Virus record (IMG/VR): IMGVR_UViG_3300028601_000021
Location: 92,030-156,029 of that record
Strand: one strand, 5' to 3'
DNA: 64,000 nucleotides
From: a virus
Taxonomy: Duplodnaviria; Caudoviricetes
Below the pieces are notes generated by a model that worked only from the letters and a program-made list of their open reading frames with translations, had not been told where the DNA came from and did no database searches. Positions 30,238 through 39,271 of this stretch are shown here, in pieces; position 1 is the stretch's first letter; every line of letters begins with the position of its first letter. The translations under genes and the position numbers were made by a program.

Positions 30238-31476
30238 TTACAGAAAGAACATAAAAGGTAAGATACATTTCGTAAAGGACCACACTCCTCCTAGAAACGA
30301 CCCTATACCTGCCATTACTGTCTTCAATGCTAGGGTGATACCTATCGCACTAGGTACTATCACTGCTGCTGCTTTTATGGCTGTAGACCAAGCTGCAGAT
30401 TCAGCTGCTTTAGTAGATAATGCTTCTTTTTCTACTTTAAGTGAATGGATAGTAGTCTCTTTATCCATCCGTTCTAACTCACTGTTCATCTTTACCCTAT
30501 CGTGGATGAGATGATCGTTGGTACGATATCTATCGATAGTGTATTCTTGTTGTTTGATCTCGTGCTTTTGCTGATCGATAGTGGATTTTAATCTACTTAC
30601 TTCAGCTTCTAATTCAGCTATCTTATCTGTATATTTGACTAAGTTAGCTTTATACTGTCGTTCTTCTTCATCCTTCTTATCCCTAAGGTCCGTAATCATA
30701 GTACGTACTTTATTGATAGAAGTACCGAATACCCAGGTATCGTTACCTAAATGCACTTCATCTACACCGTCGAAGATAGCATCTGTATCATCAATAGTGT
30801 AGGTCAATCTACGAGACACATATTCTTTATTCTCTACATCGTACTGTACTGAGGATGCAGCAGATACACTAATGAAAGGATATTCATGTCCATGACATAC
30901 TGGAGTATGCATGACTAAATCACCTACAGCCCAGAATAGATTGGAAATCTTTGGATCTGGGTGATTAGCTATAACAGAGATAGTGTGGTTGTTGATACTA
31001 TCTTTAATATCGTTAACTGCTTTCTCTATCAATTCTTTCTTGGTGGTACCTATACGAGGATGGATCTCTTCTAATCTACCTTTATGTAATTCAAAAGATA
31101 GAGCCATATCTAATTCAGGTACGAATATGGCATCCTGCATAAGTTCTTTAGAAAGTACAGTGACTTCAGTTACTAGTTTATTAGGGTGGAACTTGAAGGT
31201 ATCAATACATTTATCACGTCTACCTAATGTACGATGAGTAGATATTACTACTTTACCACCATCATCTTGAACACCAGCGTAATAAGGTGGTACTTCTACT
31301 GGTTTACCAGTATAGTCCAATACATGGAGTATTCTAGAAGTTTGATTCAATATAACAGTTTCACTATACCAGCTACTGCAATTACAATGCAATTCATTGC
31401 AGTTTTCTTTCACTACGAGTTTATAGGGAGGGGTATGCTGCAAAGAAGAAGTAGAGAACGTAGGTGCATTGGCCAT
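30238..31476 (-). CDS. Hypothetical coiled-coil protein with C-terminal hydrophobic segment
   Basis: 412 aa; SD AAGGAG; heptad region followed by a hydrophobic tail. Confidence 0.6.
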   Translation of the reverse strand: MANAPTFSTSSLQHTPPYKLVVKENCNELHCNCSSWYSETVILNQTSRILHVLDYTGKPVEVPPYYAGVQDDGGKVVISTHRTLGRRDKCIDTFKFHPNKLVTEVTVLSKELMQDAIFVPELDMALSFELHKGRLEEIHPRIGTTKKELIEKAVNDIKDSINNHTISVIANHPDPKISNLFWAVGDLVMHTPVCHGHEYPFISVSAASSVQYDVENKEYVSRRLTYTIDDTDAIFDGVDEVHLGNDTWVFGTSINKVRTMITDLRDKKDEEERQYKANLVKYTDKIAELEAEVSRLKSTIDQQKHEIKQQEYTIDRYRTNDHLIHDRVKMNSELERMDKETTIHSLKVEKEALSTKAAESAAWSTAIKAAAVIVPSAIGITLALKTVMAGIGSFLGGVWSFTKCILPFMFFL

Positions 31477-31561
31477 GTGAGAAATCTCCTTGACGCTTAT
31501 ACCTAATAGAATATAGGTGTGAAATTTTTATATACTCTAGTAGATAATAAATTTATATAAG

Positions 31562-31595
31562 GCTACTACAGCACCATTTACGGTGCTGTAGTAGC
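31562..31595. terminator. Intergenic palindrome
   Basis: gctactacagcacc...ggtgctgtagtagc. Confidence 0.6.
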
Positions 31596-31650
31596 TGGTA
31601 TGTATATAGATAAAAGAGTTTTAGGAAATAGATGATACCACTTCCAATTA

Positions 31651-31662
31651 AGTAATATATAT
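31651..31662 (-). promoter_or_regulatory. Early-promoter-like motif ATATATATTACT
   Basis: Contains TATATTAC, the published phiKZ early consensus. Confidence 0.6.
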
Positions 31663-31681
31663 CTAAAGCCTAAATGACGTT

Positions 31682-33100
31682 TTAGTTAAAAGCAGTAAAT
31701 AAGACAGTACCTATTTCTCTGACATCCTTAGGGATAATAGAGTCTACGATATCAGTATTCTTCTTAGACATAGTGACTACATTCTGCATATTTAGAGCAG
31801 ACCTAGTACCGTAGGTTTTACCGGATACTAGTTTAGTCTTATCTACTTTTAAGGTAGCAGCTGCATTATTGTAAGCTGTTATTTTACCAGTCTTATCTTC
31901 ACTTAAATCCATATTGGCATTTAAGAAACGTAAATCAGATAAAGCATCTACCATATCAGTAGGACTTAAAGTAGTAGCTACGGTATCGTAGGTATAAGGA
32001 TCTCCATTATAGACAGAAGCATCCTTTACTTTATTCTTCAATACTAAACTACTTCTATTATCGAAATAGCTATTGCAATTCAATAATTGACTAAGTAATG
32101 CATTGAGACCCAAACTACCAGCTAGTAATAACAACATATCGTAAAGGTCTTTGTTATTACCGTAATTAAATAGTCCACTAAATCCTACATTACCGCATAA
32201 AGATCTAGCTAAGTCATATAAGCTATCTACGTCATTGTTACTTACATTAGAACTTGGCGATATACCTGGGATAGCATTACCGTTAGCATCACTGCGTTTA
32301 GGATAATTCAATCCAGTAGGTAGTAAACTATTCAAATCCAATAACTTATCGGTCACACCGTCTATAAATGGTAATTTATCAGATAAGAAAGAAGCACTAT
32401 CTGTCAATTGATCAGTGAGATTAGTAGTGGTGTTATTAAAGAAACCAGTAACGCTATCTGGTAACATACCTAAAGCACTATCTAAGGCATTCTTACCAAA
32501 GCTAGCTACGCTACTGGTGATCTTACCAGCTATACCGGATACACTACTAGTGACAGTAGAAAGCATACTACCGACATCCAATCCCTGAAAAGCAGACATA
32601 GCACCACTCATATTACCTGAGATGCTACTAGCCATAGATTTCAGAGCACTAGTGATACTACCACCACTAGTGAGATTCTCTATCCCTGTACGAGACGATA
32701 GGGTATTCAACATATCCGTAGGTAAAGATAGATTGGATAAATCTACCACACCAGCTATGTCGGTAGGAGTAGAAGCTATACCGATAGTTTCTTTTACGGA
32801 TTTAGTGATAAAGGATACTGGTTGAGCTAAAGCAGCACTACTATCACCAGCTAAAGATTGTACCTTGGATAAGGATTCACTACTACCTTTAGCTACGATA
32901 TCGGCGATACTACCCATCTTACTATCTTTCAATACAGCAGAAGCATCTTTAGTAAAAGCATTAGCTGTTTTAGTGAGACTATCTGCTATACCACTGACAT
33001 TACTAGTGGATGCTAAACTAGATGCTTGTGATGTAGCTGCAGCTACACCTGATTGGATCTTACTGAGATCTATAGAAGACAAATCAAATTTACTAGCCAT
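31682..33100 (-). CDS. Ser/Ala-rich hypothetical protein, probably virion-associated
   Basis: 472 aa with a low-complexity S/A/G/T N-terminal half. Confidence 0.5.
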   Translation of the reverse strand: MASKFDLSSIDLSKIQSGVAAATSQASSLASTSNVSGIADSLTKTANAFTKDASAVLKDSKMGSIADIVAKGSSESLSKVQSLAGDSSAALAQPVSFITKSVKETIGIASTPTDIAGVVDLSNLSLPTDMLNTLSSRTGIENLTSGGSITSALKSMASSISGNMSGAMSAFQGLDVGSMLSTVTSSVSGIAGKITSSVASFGKNALDSALGMLPDSVTGFFNNTTTNLTDQLTDSASFLSDKLPFIDGVTDKLLDLNSLLPTGLNYPKRSDANGNAIPGISPSSNVSNNDVDSLYDLARSLCGNVGFSGLFNYGNNKDLYDMLLLLAGSLGLNALLSQLLNCNSYFDNRSSLVLKNKVKDASVYNGDPYTYDTVATTLSPTDMVDALSDLRFLNANMDLSEDKTGKITAYNNAAATLKVDKTKLVSGKTYGTRSALNMQNVVTMSKKNTDIVDSIIPKDVREIGTVLFTAFN

Positions 33101-33105
33101 AGTAA

Positions 33106-33780
33106 TTATCCTTCAGTGACCACATTGGCTTTGATATGCATACCAGCTAAGAGAGTCTGGTAAACCATAGCACTACGGGATACACTACCTGTTTCATTTA
33201 AAGTCACATGAGCTTGACCATTTTCCTCTAGCTCTCTCTTCAGACCAGCATAGGCAGCGATATCACCACCTCTATACTTAGCTAATTCCTGAGTAGTGTG
33301 CTCCAGTCCTTTAGATAATAAGAACTGCATTTCGATACGAGATAAGCTAGCTGCTTTATCTGGTTTCACTACTTGACCAGAGAGTAGATCGATACGTTTA
33401 TCACTATCGGGTATAGAACGCTTGTGTGATAAGATTTGACTGACTCTGCGCACCGGTAGTTTCAGTACTAAGTATTTCTCTGGGGTGAGGTAGGATTTAC
33501 CAGTAACTGGATCTTTAAACTGAATGCGTTCAAATAATTCCAGATTCAGACTATCTGCTGCTTTAAAGAGATCTTCCATCTTTAAATTGATCTTAAGATT
33601 AGGTACGTAGATATAGATCTGTGTTTCACCTTTTCTCATAGAAAGCATGTAGTCGTGGAATGCTTTGTCATCTAAAGCAGCGAAGAAAGCTTTATACCTC
33701 TCTGCATTAGTACCACCTGGATCTATCATCATCAGATGCTTAATTATATATTCTTCTACTTTCTTACGTTTGGGTGTCAT
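33106..33780 (-). CDS. Virion RNA polymerase beta C-terminal fragment (phiKZ gp149-like)
   Basis: LELFERI..DPVTG, LPVRRVSQ..HKRS, DLLSGQV, LSRIEMQ and KYRGGD. Confidence 0.8.
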   Translation of the reverse strand: MTPKRKKVEEYIIKHLMMIDPGGTNAERYKAFFAALDDKAFHDYMLSMRKGETQIYIYVPNLKINLKMEDLFKAADSLNLELFERIQFKDPVTGKSYLTPEKYLVLKLPVRRVSQILSHKRSIPDSDKRIDLLSGQVVKPDKAASLSRIEMQFLLSKGLEHTTQELAKYRGGDIAAYAGLKRELEENGQAHVTLNETGSVSRSAMVYQTLLAGMHIKANVVTEG

Positions 33781-33877
33781 ATAAGTATTTCCTTTATTTA
33801 GAGAATAAATGGACTATAAGATCGTGATAAGATAGTGACCGGATATACAGGAAAAAATTAACACCGTCATCGGATAA

Positions 33878-33910
33878 ATAGCAGGAGTACCACTACGGTA
33901 CTCCTGCTAT
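33878..33910. terminator. Palindrome ending the exported-protein cluster
   Basis: atagcaggagtacc-actac-ggtactcctgctat. Confidence 0.7.
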
Positions 33911-33912
33911 AA

Positions 33913-34308
33913 TTATTCATCGGTAGGACAAGTAAATGTATCACCTTGAATGGTACAAGGACCTTTGGGTGTCATGAGTGTGATATCTTCGGTATCGAAC
34001 ATCTCTTCCACCACACGACCGTGTAGTTCATTTCCCGGTTCATTCAATTCATAGGTGATCTGAAGTTGACCCATGTGTCGGAAATACCAGGCATTCTGAA
34101 CTCCTCGGATAATCACCTCACCTGTTTTATTGTCTACCACCCACGGAAGTCCATCGTAGGCCTTACTTCCGATGGAATAAGTATTTCCTGTTTCAGGAGC
34201 AGTTACTTCCATGGGTGTGGGTGTGGTCTCAGGAGTCTTGGGGTGCATACCACCGATGCATCCGGTTACAAACAAAACAATGAAGAAATAGATACTCTGC
34301 CATTTCAT
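33913..34308 (-). CDS. Putative lipoprotein (paralogue family A)
   Basis: Signal peptide with lipobox FVTGC; WVVDNKTGEVII; C-terminal Cys pair ending FTCP. Confidence 0.65.
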   Translation of the reverse strand: MKWQSIYFFIVLFVTGCIGGMHPKTPETTPTPMEVTAPETGNTYSIGSKAYDGLPWVVDNKTGEVIIRGVQNAWYFRHMGQLQITYELNEPGNELHGRVVEEMFDTEDITLMTPKGPCTIQGDTFTCPTDE

Positions 34309-34718
34309 TGCAGGATCTCCTTCACCGATTCATTCCATTCATCCAATCCGGGACATTCCACGTGCTGGAGATCAGGGATACCGCACTCCTGGTTATCCGG
34401 AGTAAGTACCTTGACCTTAGTCCATGCCACTTCTGTTTCCTGGAATTCTCCATTCACCGCATATGTCATAATGACTACACCACCACCGATGACCTGAGCC
34501 AACAAGAGCTCTTCAATAATCACTTCCCTGGTAGCCTTATCTACCACCCTCGGTGCTACGATGACAGGGTATTCACCACCATCACCTTCGACACTTTCAT
34601 CGATGTTGAAGTCGAACATTTCCTCATCAGTGAGAGGAGGATTGTCCTGAGCCACAGCCATGGTACCGACGAACATCAATACCACCAGAATCATAATTGT
34701 GTAAAAAGTCTTTTTCAT
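34305..34718 (-). CDS. Putative exported protein (paralogue family A)
   Basis: Signal peptide ending AVA-Q; RVVDKATREVII; ECG..VECP. Confidence 0.65.
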   Translation of the reverse strand: MKKTFYTIMILVVLMFVGTMAVAQDNPPLTDEEMFDFNIDESVEGDGGEYPVIVAPRVVDKATREVIIEELLLAQVIGGGVVIMTYAVNGEFQETEVAWTKVKVLTPDNQECGIPDLQHVECPGLDEWNESVKEILQ

Positions 34719-34747
34719 AATATCAATTCCTTATTGGTATTTAAAAG

Positions 34748-35080
34748 TTAAGGACAGACAAAGTTTCCATCCGACATTACACCACACTCACCATTCTCAT
34801 TGAATATCTTCACCTTATCATAAAGATATTCATTAGCCACAAAGCTCTGGGCTTCATCGTCGATATTGAGAACACGCACTACTCCATTACAGGAGCTGTA
34901 GTATGCATCGATCACGTGGTTTACATACACCCTACCGGTGTAAATATCCATAGCCCAGATACCTTCCTTTGGGACAGAGATATCTTCTAGTGCCGGGGTG
35001 TTTACTGGAGTGATATCTGTGGCATTGACGGATACCACGTTCAATACCACCATCAGAATAATCATCAGGAAAGTTTTCAT
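34748..35080 (-). CDS. Putative exported protein (paralogue family A)
   Basis: Signal peptide ending VNA-T; WAMDIYTGRVYV; ECG..FVCP. Confidence 0.65.
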   Translation of the reverse strand: MKTFLMIILMVVLNVVSVNATDITPVNTPALEDISVPKEGIWAMDIYTGRVYVNHVIDAYYSSCNGVVRVLNIDDEAQSFVANEYLYDKVKIFNENGECGVMSDGNFVCP

Positions 35081-35607
35081 ACTGCAGTCATCCTCTCAAG
35101 TTTTTCAGTCATGATGGTTTTAAGAACATAATTCACACAGCCAATTTTCAAGATGTCAATAATGGTGTAATCCTCCAACTTAGTAGTCCACCGCTTATCG
35201 AACTTATCGGATTCCTTCATATCCACAAATGTGGTGTGGTGTGGTTTTCCACCGTTATGCGGGATGTATGTTTCGATGATGGTTTCATAGGTCTTGCCCA
35301 TCACATCGATGGTAGCGCGACCATTGAAGGAGATACCTGCCTGGAAATAATACGTGTGACGCAGGACCGTGTAATCCACACCAGCTACTTCCTTACACTT
35401 GGTGCTCCCTTCGATGGACCTGTAGACATTCAAGAATGCTTCAAATTTCGTACCATCGATATTAAAAGAAAATCCGTTCACAGTACCGGTATCGGATCTA
35501 CAGATCAATCCGATAAGTACGGTGTTGTCTAACTTAGCCGCCACCACATTAGCTAAGCCGCAATCATGAGCAAACCCGATCAATTCATTGATGAAAGCTT
35601 CTTGCAT
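35077..35607 (-). CDS. Hypothetical protein (paralogue family B)
   Basis: Start re-assigned by SD AAGGAG; similar to 35733..36269. Confidence 0.6.
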   Translation of the reverse strand: MQEAFINELIGFAHDCGLANVVAAKLDNTVLIGLICRSDTGTVNGFSFNIDGTKFEAFLNVYRSIEGSTKCKEVAGVDYTVLRHTYYFQAGISFNGRATIDVMGKTYETIIETYIPHNGGKPHHTTFVDMKESDKFDKRWTTKLEDYTIIDILKIGCVNYVLKTIMTEKLERMTAV

Positions 35608-35646
35608 TTTATCTCCTTTATTGAGGTAAATGGTTAAATTCATATT

Positions 35647-35657
35647 AGTAATATATA
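35647..35657 (-). promoter_or_regulatory. Early-promoter-like motif TATATATTACT
   Basis: Exact repeated motif upstream of the 35607-33913 operon. Confidence 0.65.
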
Positions 35658-35686
35658 GCTATTATTCCTTGAAAAACTATAAAAAA

Positions 35687-35725
35687 TATACACCACAGTA
35701 ACTACTACAGCTACTGTGGTGTATA
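35687..35725 (-). terminator. Palindrome with adjacent U-tract on the minus strand
   Basis: tatacaccacagta...tactgtggtgtata preceded by an A-run. Confidence 0.7.
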
Positions 35726-35732
35726 ATACTAA

Positions 35733-36269
35733 TTAATCTCGTGTGGCGGCTTCTGCTACATGGCGACGTACATTTCGCATGACTTGTCCGATACATGCGG
35801 TTTTGATTACGTGCATGATATCTTGTCGTTGTAACAATTCAAAATCATCAAGATTGAATTCTTTAGCTGATTCTATTTTACCAAATACTTTATATTCGGC
35901 ACCAAATCCATCTTCACGAATAATTGTTTTGATATACATTTCCAACACCGGATCGTGTTTCATTAAACCAAAACCATTTTCCAAAGAGCGAAGAACGATA
36001 TTTAGATAATATTTATGTGTACGTGCTTCACGAAATCCATCATCAGTATTACTACTTTTGTCTATGTATTTACCAGATTCATGTACAAGTAGAGCTATTT
36101 CTTTATCATCTATAAGTAATCCAGGTATGACACCATTTCTACTATCCATCAATATGGCAACAAGTAATACATCATCTAAGCATTCGCATAGATCCGAATA
36201 AATACCTTGAGAAGCTGCGTGGTTGGTCAGAATAGATCTGAAATCTGTCGATGTGGCTAGTGTGGACAT
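35733..36269 (-). CDS. Hypothetical protein (paralogue family B)
   Basis: SD AAGGAG; similar to 35077..35607. Confidence 0.6.
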   Translation of the reverse strand: MSTLATSTDFRSILTNHAASQGIYSDLCECLDDVLLVAILMDSRNGVIPGLLIDDKEIALLVHESGKYIDKSSNTDDGFREARTHKYYLNIVLRSLENGFGLMKHDPVLEMYIKTIIREDGFGAEYKVFGKIESAKEFNLDDFELLQRQDIMHVIKTACIGQVMRNVRRHVAEAATRD

Positions 36270-36299
36270 TTATAGCTCCTTTAATTTAGATAATGGTAC

Positions 36300-36332
36300 C
36301 TACTACAGTAGCTACGATAGCTACTGTAGTAG
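36300..36332. terminator. Palindrome after the gyrA-like gene
   Basis: ctactacagtagcta-cga-tagctactgtagtag. Confidence 0.7.
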
Positions 36333-36343
36333 ATATATTTACA

Positions 36344-38608
36344 TTAAGACTTGGGTAACTTAAAGTCTGCTATCTGGGCGAGTTCTTGATGTTTACGGAA
36401 GTACTTTCCATATTCACTAGATTTCACTTTCGATAGTTCCAATAGACTGGTATTGGTCTTACTGAATAGAGTTTTGATATTCTCTATCCGTAAGATATTA
36501 GTGGAGATCTTATTCAGACAAGCTGGATCTAACCCAATATAACACATCTTGGTATTGGCTGAGACTACGGCCAGTATCCTAGTTTCTCCACTAGGTGTGG
36601 TCATTAGTCTACCTAGATATTCTTTATTGGAAAGGATACGATCAAAGCGTATTTCATTAGGGGCACTGGTGTTCATATGCACTACTACCATATCCTTACA
36701 GGAACTAGGTAATGCATAAATCAAATCACTCTGCGCACCTTTAGAAATAGACTTACGGCTACTGTAATCATTAACGCTAGTCTTTATCACTTCGCCATTC
36801 TTATTGATACCGTAGAACTTAGGACCTACTGGGATAGTGGTTACTGATTCGTCTTTACCAGTTTTCATACCATCCAGTACAGCTACTGTACCATCTATAA
36901 GTACGAGTGTGTGGGGTTGTTCTACCGGAGAAAGGATCATCTTGGTACAAGCAAATTCCCTAGGTAATCCAGTCTGTTTATAGGTACAGAACCTATTATT
37001 CAAAAGAGGATACTTAAATGGATATTCTTTCTGATAGAATTGGATATCCAAATACTTAGACAACCTAAAGTTCCTCAATATATCCAGTAGATCATTTTCG
37101 TCTTTAAACTGGATGATACCTTGTCTGTCGATATGCACATAACCTATGAAATCACTAGTGAACAGCGTCTTTCTGGGTTCTCCATACTTCTTCTGTAGGA
37201 ACTGAGCATCGTTGTAGATATGCTCATGTAGCTTACCGTAACCATTCTTGACTTCTTCCAATTCAGCCAATACTTTCTCGATAGAGATACTGAGATTAGA
37301 TTTAGATTGTTTGGTCAAGGTAGAGATCTTAGCATTAGCCAAGATACGACTTTGCATCCTAGTTAATTCAGAGAATTCATTAGCTAGATCTCGTACACAA
37401 CTATCTTCATCAGTAGCATTTCTTACGATAGCTACGACTTTATCCGGATGATCACATACGATGTAATGAGCTTTAAGCTTTTGAAGTTCCATCTGGAGAT
37501 CGGCTTGTTTACCTTTGATACCAGCCATGATACTTCTAGTACGTTCACTGTACCAAGCATCCACTAGATCATAAGGACCCAAATGAGCTATCTTATTATT
37601 TCTAACGAAATAGTACATGGGGTGAATGGTATCTGTGACTTGTAGGAGTTTCTTCAATGGTTCTAAGACAGTGAATATCTTAGTGGTATTCTTAAACTCC
37701 ATCAGGAAGTCACTACTGAGATCTGTACCACCGTAGTTATTGATATCTTTCAACAGAGTAAGTAACCAATGGTTCTTTTGCTTTTGTAGGATATCCAACA
37801 AGTTCTCTATGACGTTACCTGGTATAGTACCAAAAGGAGTATTCTTCAGTCTACAACTATAGTTAGATAATTCTAATACACCATCTAGTTCGATAGGATG
37901 CTCGAATTTACCACAGTTATAGCTATCCAGTAATTCTTGTTTATTACGGATAAAGTTATGTGTGGGGTAATCAGGTAGCATGTATTCAGCTACGTCTTTA
38001 TACGGGGGATATATACTGGGTGTATTATTCCTACATTCAGCAAAAGCCATAACGATGTTGCAGAGATTACCAAAGTTTAACTGAGGAGTGGTGGACTTAA
38101 AGCCATAACCGATAGTTAGACTATTCATCAACAGTGCAGTAGGTAACCTAGGTATGAAATACTGAGGCTCCATACGTCTAAAGTCTTTTGAATAGGTCAT
38201 CGGTAAGGACTTAGCGTATACACCATTAAAAAAGAGATCTCTTGAGAATTCACTACTAGCCACTTCTAGATATCTAGGGTGGCCTGCGCTATCTGGTTTG
38301 GTGTAATCACCGAAGTTACCAGGTAAATAAATCAGTGGCCTACCTATACTGAAAGGCTGAGCTAATCTTATCATAGCACTGTAAATACTAGCGTCACCAC
38401 CTTGATGAAGTTTAGAAGCATCACCGATAAGAGCAGTCATACTGTCTTTGTCTTTTTGTGTACCCAAGCAGAATAAGATACGTCTAGTGACGCATTTTAG
38501 ACCATCTATGGGATTACTGTATTTCGTGGATACTACGTCTCCACTATAAGACATAAGACTTTCGGTGAGTAGTTCTGCTGCAGTATAATCTTTAGTCTTT
38601 TGGGACAT
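36344..38608 (-). CDS. gyrA: Type IIA topoisomerase subunit A (GyrA/ParC-like)
   Basis: DGLKCVTRRIL, GDASIYSAMIRLAQPF, GNFG, catalytic RY in HPRYLE, EPQYFIPRLP and PDYPT. Confidence 0.85.
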   Translation of the reverse strand: MSQKTKDYTAAELLTESLMSYSGDVVSTKYSNPIDGLKCVTRRILFCLGTQKDKDSMTALIGDASKLHQGGDASIYSAMIRLAQPFSIGRPLIYLPGNFGDYTKPDSAGHPRYLEVASSEFSRDLFFNGVYAKSLPMTYSKDFRRMEPQYFIPRLPTALLMNSLTIGYGFKSTTPQLNFGNLCNIVMAFAECRNNTPSIYPPYKDVAEYMLPDYPTHNFIRNKQELLDSYNCGKFEHPIELDGVLELSNYSCRLKNTPFGTIPGNVIENLLDILQKQKNHWLLTLLKDINNYGGTDLSSDFLMEFKNTTKIFTVLEPLKKLLQVTDTIHPMYYFVRNNKIAHLGPYDLVDAWYSERTRSIMAGIKGKQADLQMELQKLKAHYIVCDHPDKVVAIVRNATDEDSCVRDLANEFSELTRMQSRILANAKISTLTKQSKSNLSISIEKVLAELEEVKNGYGKLHEHIYNDAQFLQKKYGEPRKTLFTSDFIGYVHIDRQGIIQFKDENDLLDILRNFRLSKYLDIQFYQKEYPFKYPLLNNRFCTYKQTGLPREFACTKMILSPVEQPHTLVLIDGTVAVLDGMKTGKDESVTTIPVGPKFYGINKNGEVIKTSVNDYSSRKSISKGAQSDLIYALPSSCKDMVVVHMNTSAPNEIRFDRILSNKEYLGRLMTTPSGETRILAVVSANTKMCYIGLDPACLNKISTNILRIENIKTLFSKTNTSLLELSKVKSSEYGKYFRKHQELAQIADFKLPKS

Positions 38609-38650
38609 GTGATTTTATCTCCTGTGTCTGGTGCATTTATACATACGATA

Positions 38651-38682
38651 GGGTACCGATGTCATAGAAGACACCGGTACCC
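38651..38682. terminator. Imperfect hairpin upstream of gyrA
   Basis: gggtaccgatgtc...gacaccggtaccc. Confidence 0.4.
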
Positions 38683-38710
38683 CTGGTAGGTATAAATGAG
38701 CAGAATACAG

Positions 38711-39205
38711 CTATTCAGAAGTCTCGATTTGCGACAACTTAGACATCTCCACAGCTTCACTTAATTTATAAGTAACTACTGTATTGTTCGGAGTAATCAA
38801 AGTCAGACTGATATCAGCTACGCACAATCCCATAATCATAGCAAATGTCTCAAAGAAAGATTTAGTCATGGTAGGCTTAACTAAAGCTCGCTTAAAGTTA
38901 TTGCGATCATAATTGATCTGATGTGGTAGCATGCACAGAGATTCACTATAAGCTCTATGTCTGGCGTAAAGATATTCGTACGTGATCTTCTGATCCACGC
39001 AGTACATCCTTACTAACTTCGAAAAGATATCCGAAGTCTTGTTAATGTCTTCAGGTTGGAATATGGGTTCTCCAATCTTATCGATATCTTCCAATAGTTC
39101 TTTTGCTCGTTGAGACTGAAAGCGCAATAAACTATCGCCTGTATTTACCTGTGGTCCTGAATGGGAAGATGTTGGATTTTTACTCTTCTTAGTCCGTACT
39201 GACAT
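38711..39205 (-). CDS. Hypothetical protein between topoisomerase subunit genes
   Basis: 164 aa; NFKRAL..TMTKSFF resembles a helical family seen in phiKZ-like phages. Confidence 0.55.
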   Translation of the reverse strand: MSVRTKKSKNPTSSHSGPQVNTGDSLLRFQSQRAKELLEDIDKIGEPIFQPEDINKTSDIFSKLVRMYCVDQKITYEYLYARHRAYSESLCMLPHQINYDRNNFKRALVKPTMTKSFFETFAMIMGLCVADISLTLITPNNTVVTYKLSEAVEMSKLSQIETSE

Positions 39206-39271
39206 ATCGTTAGCTCACCTTAGGGTAATTGGAAGCTACAAATTATGGGTGGGTCAGTAGATAATCCTGTA

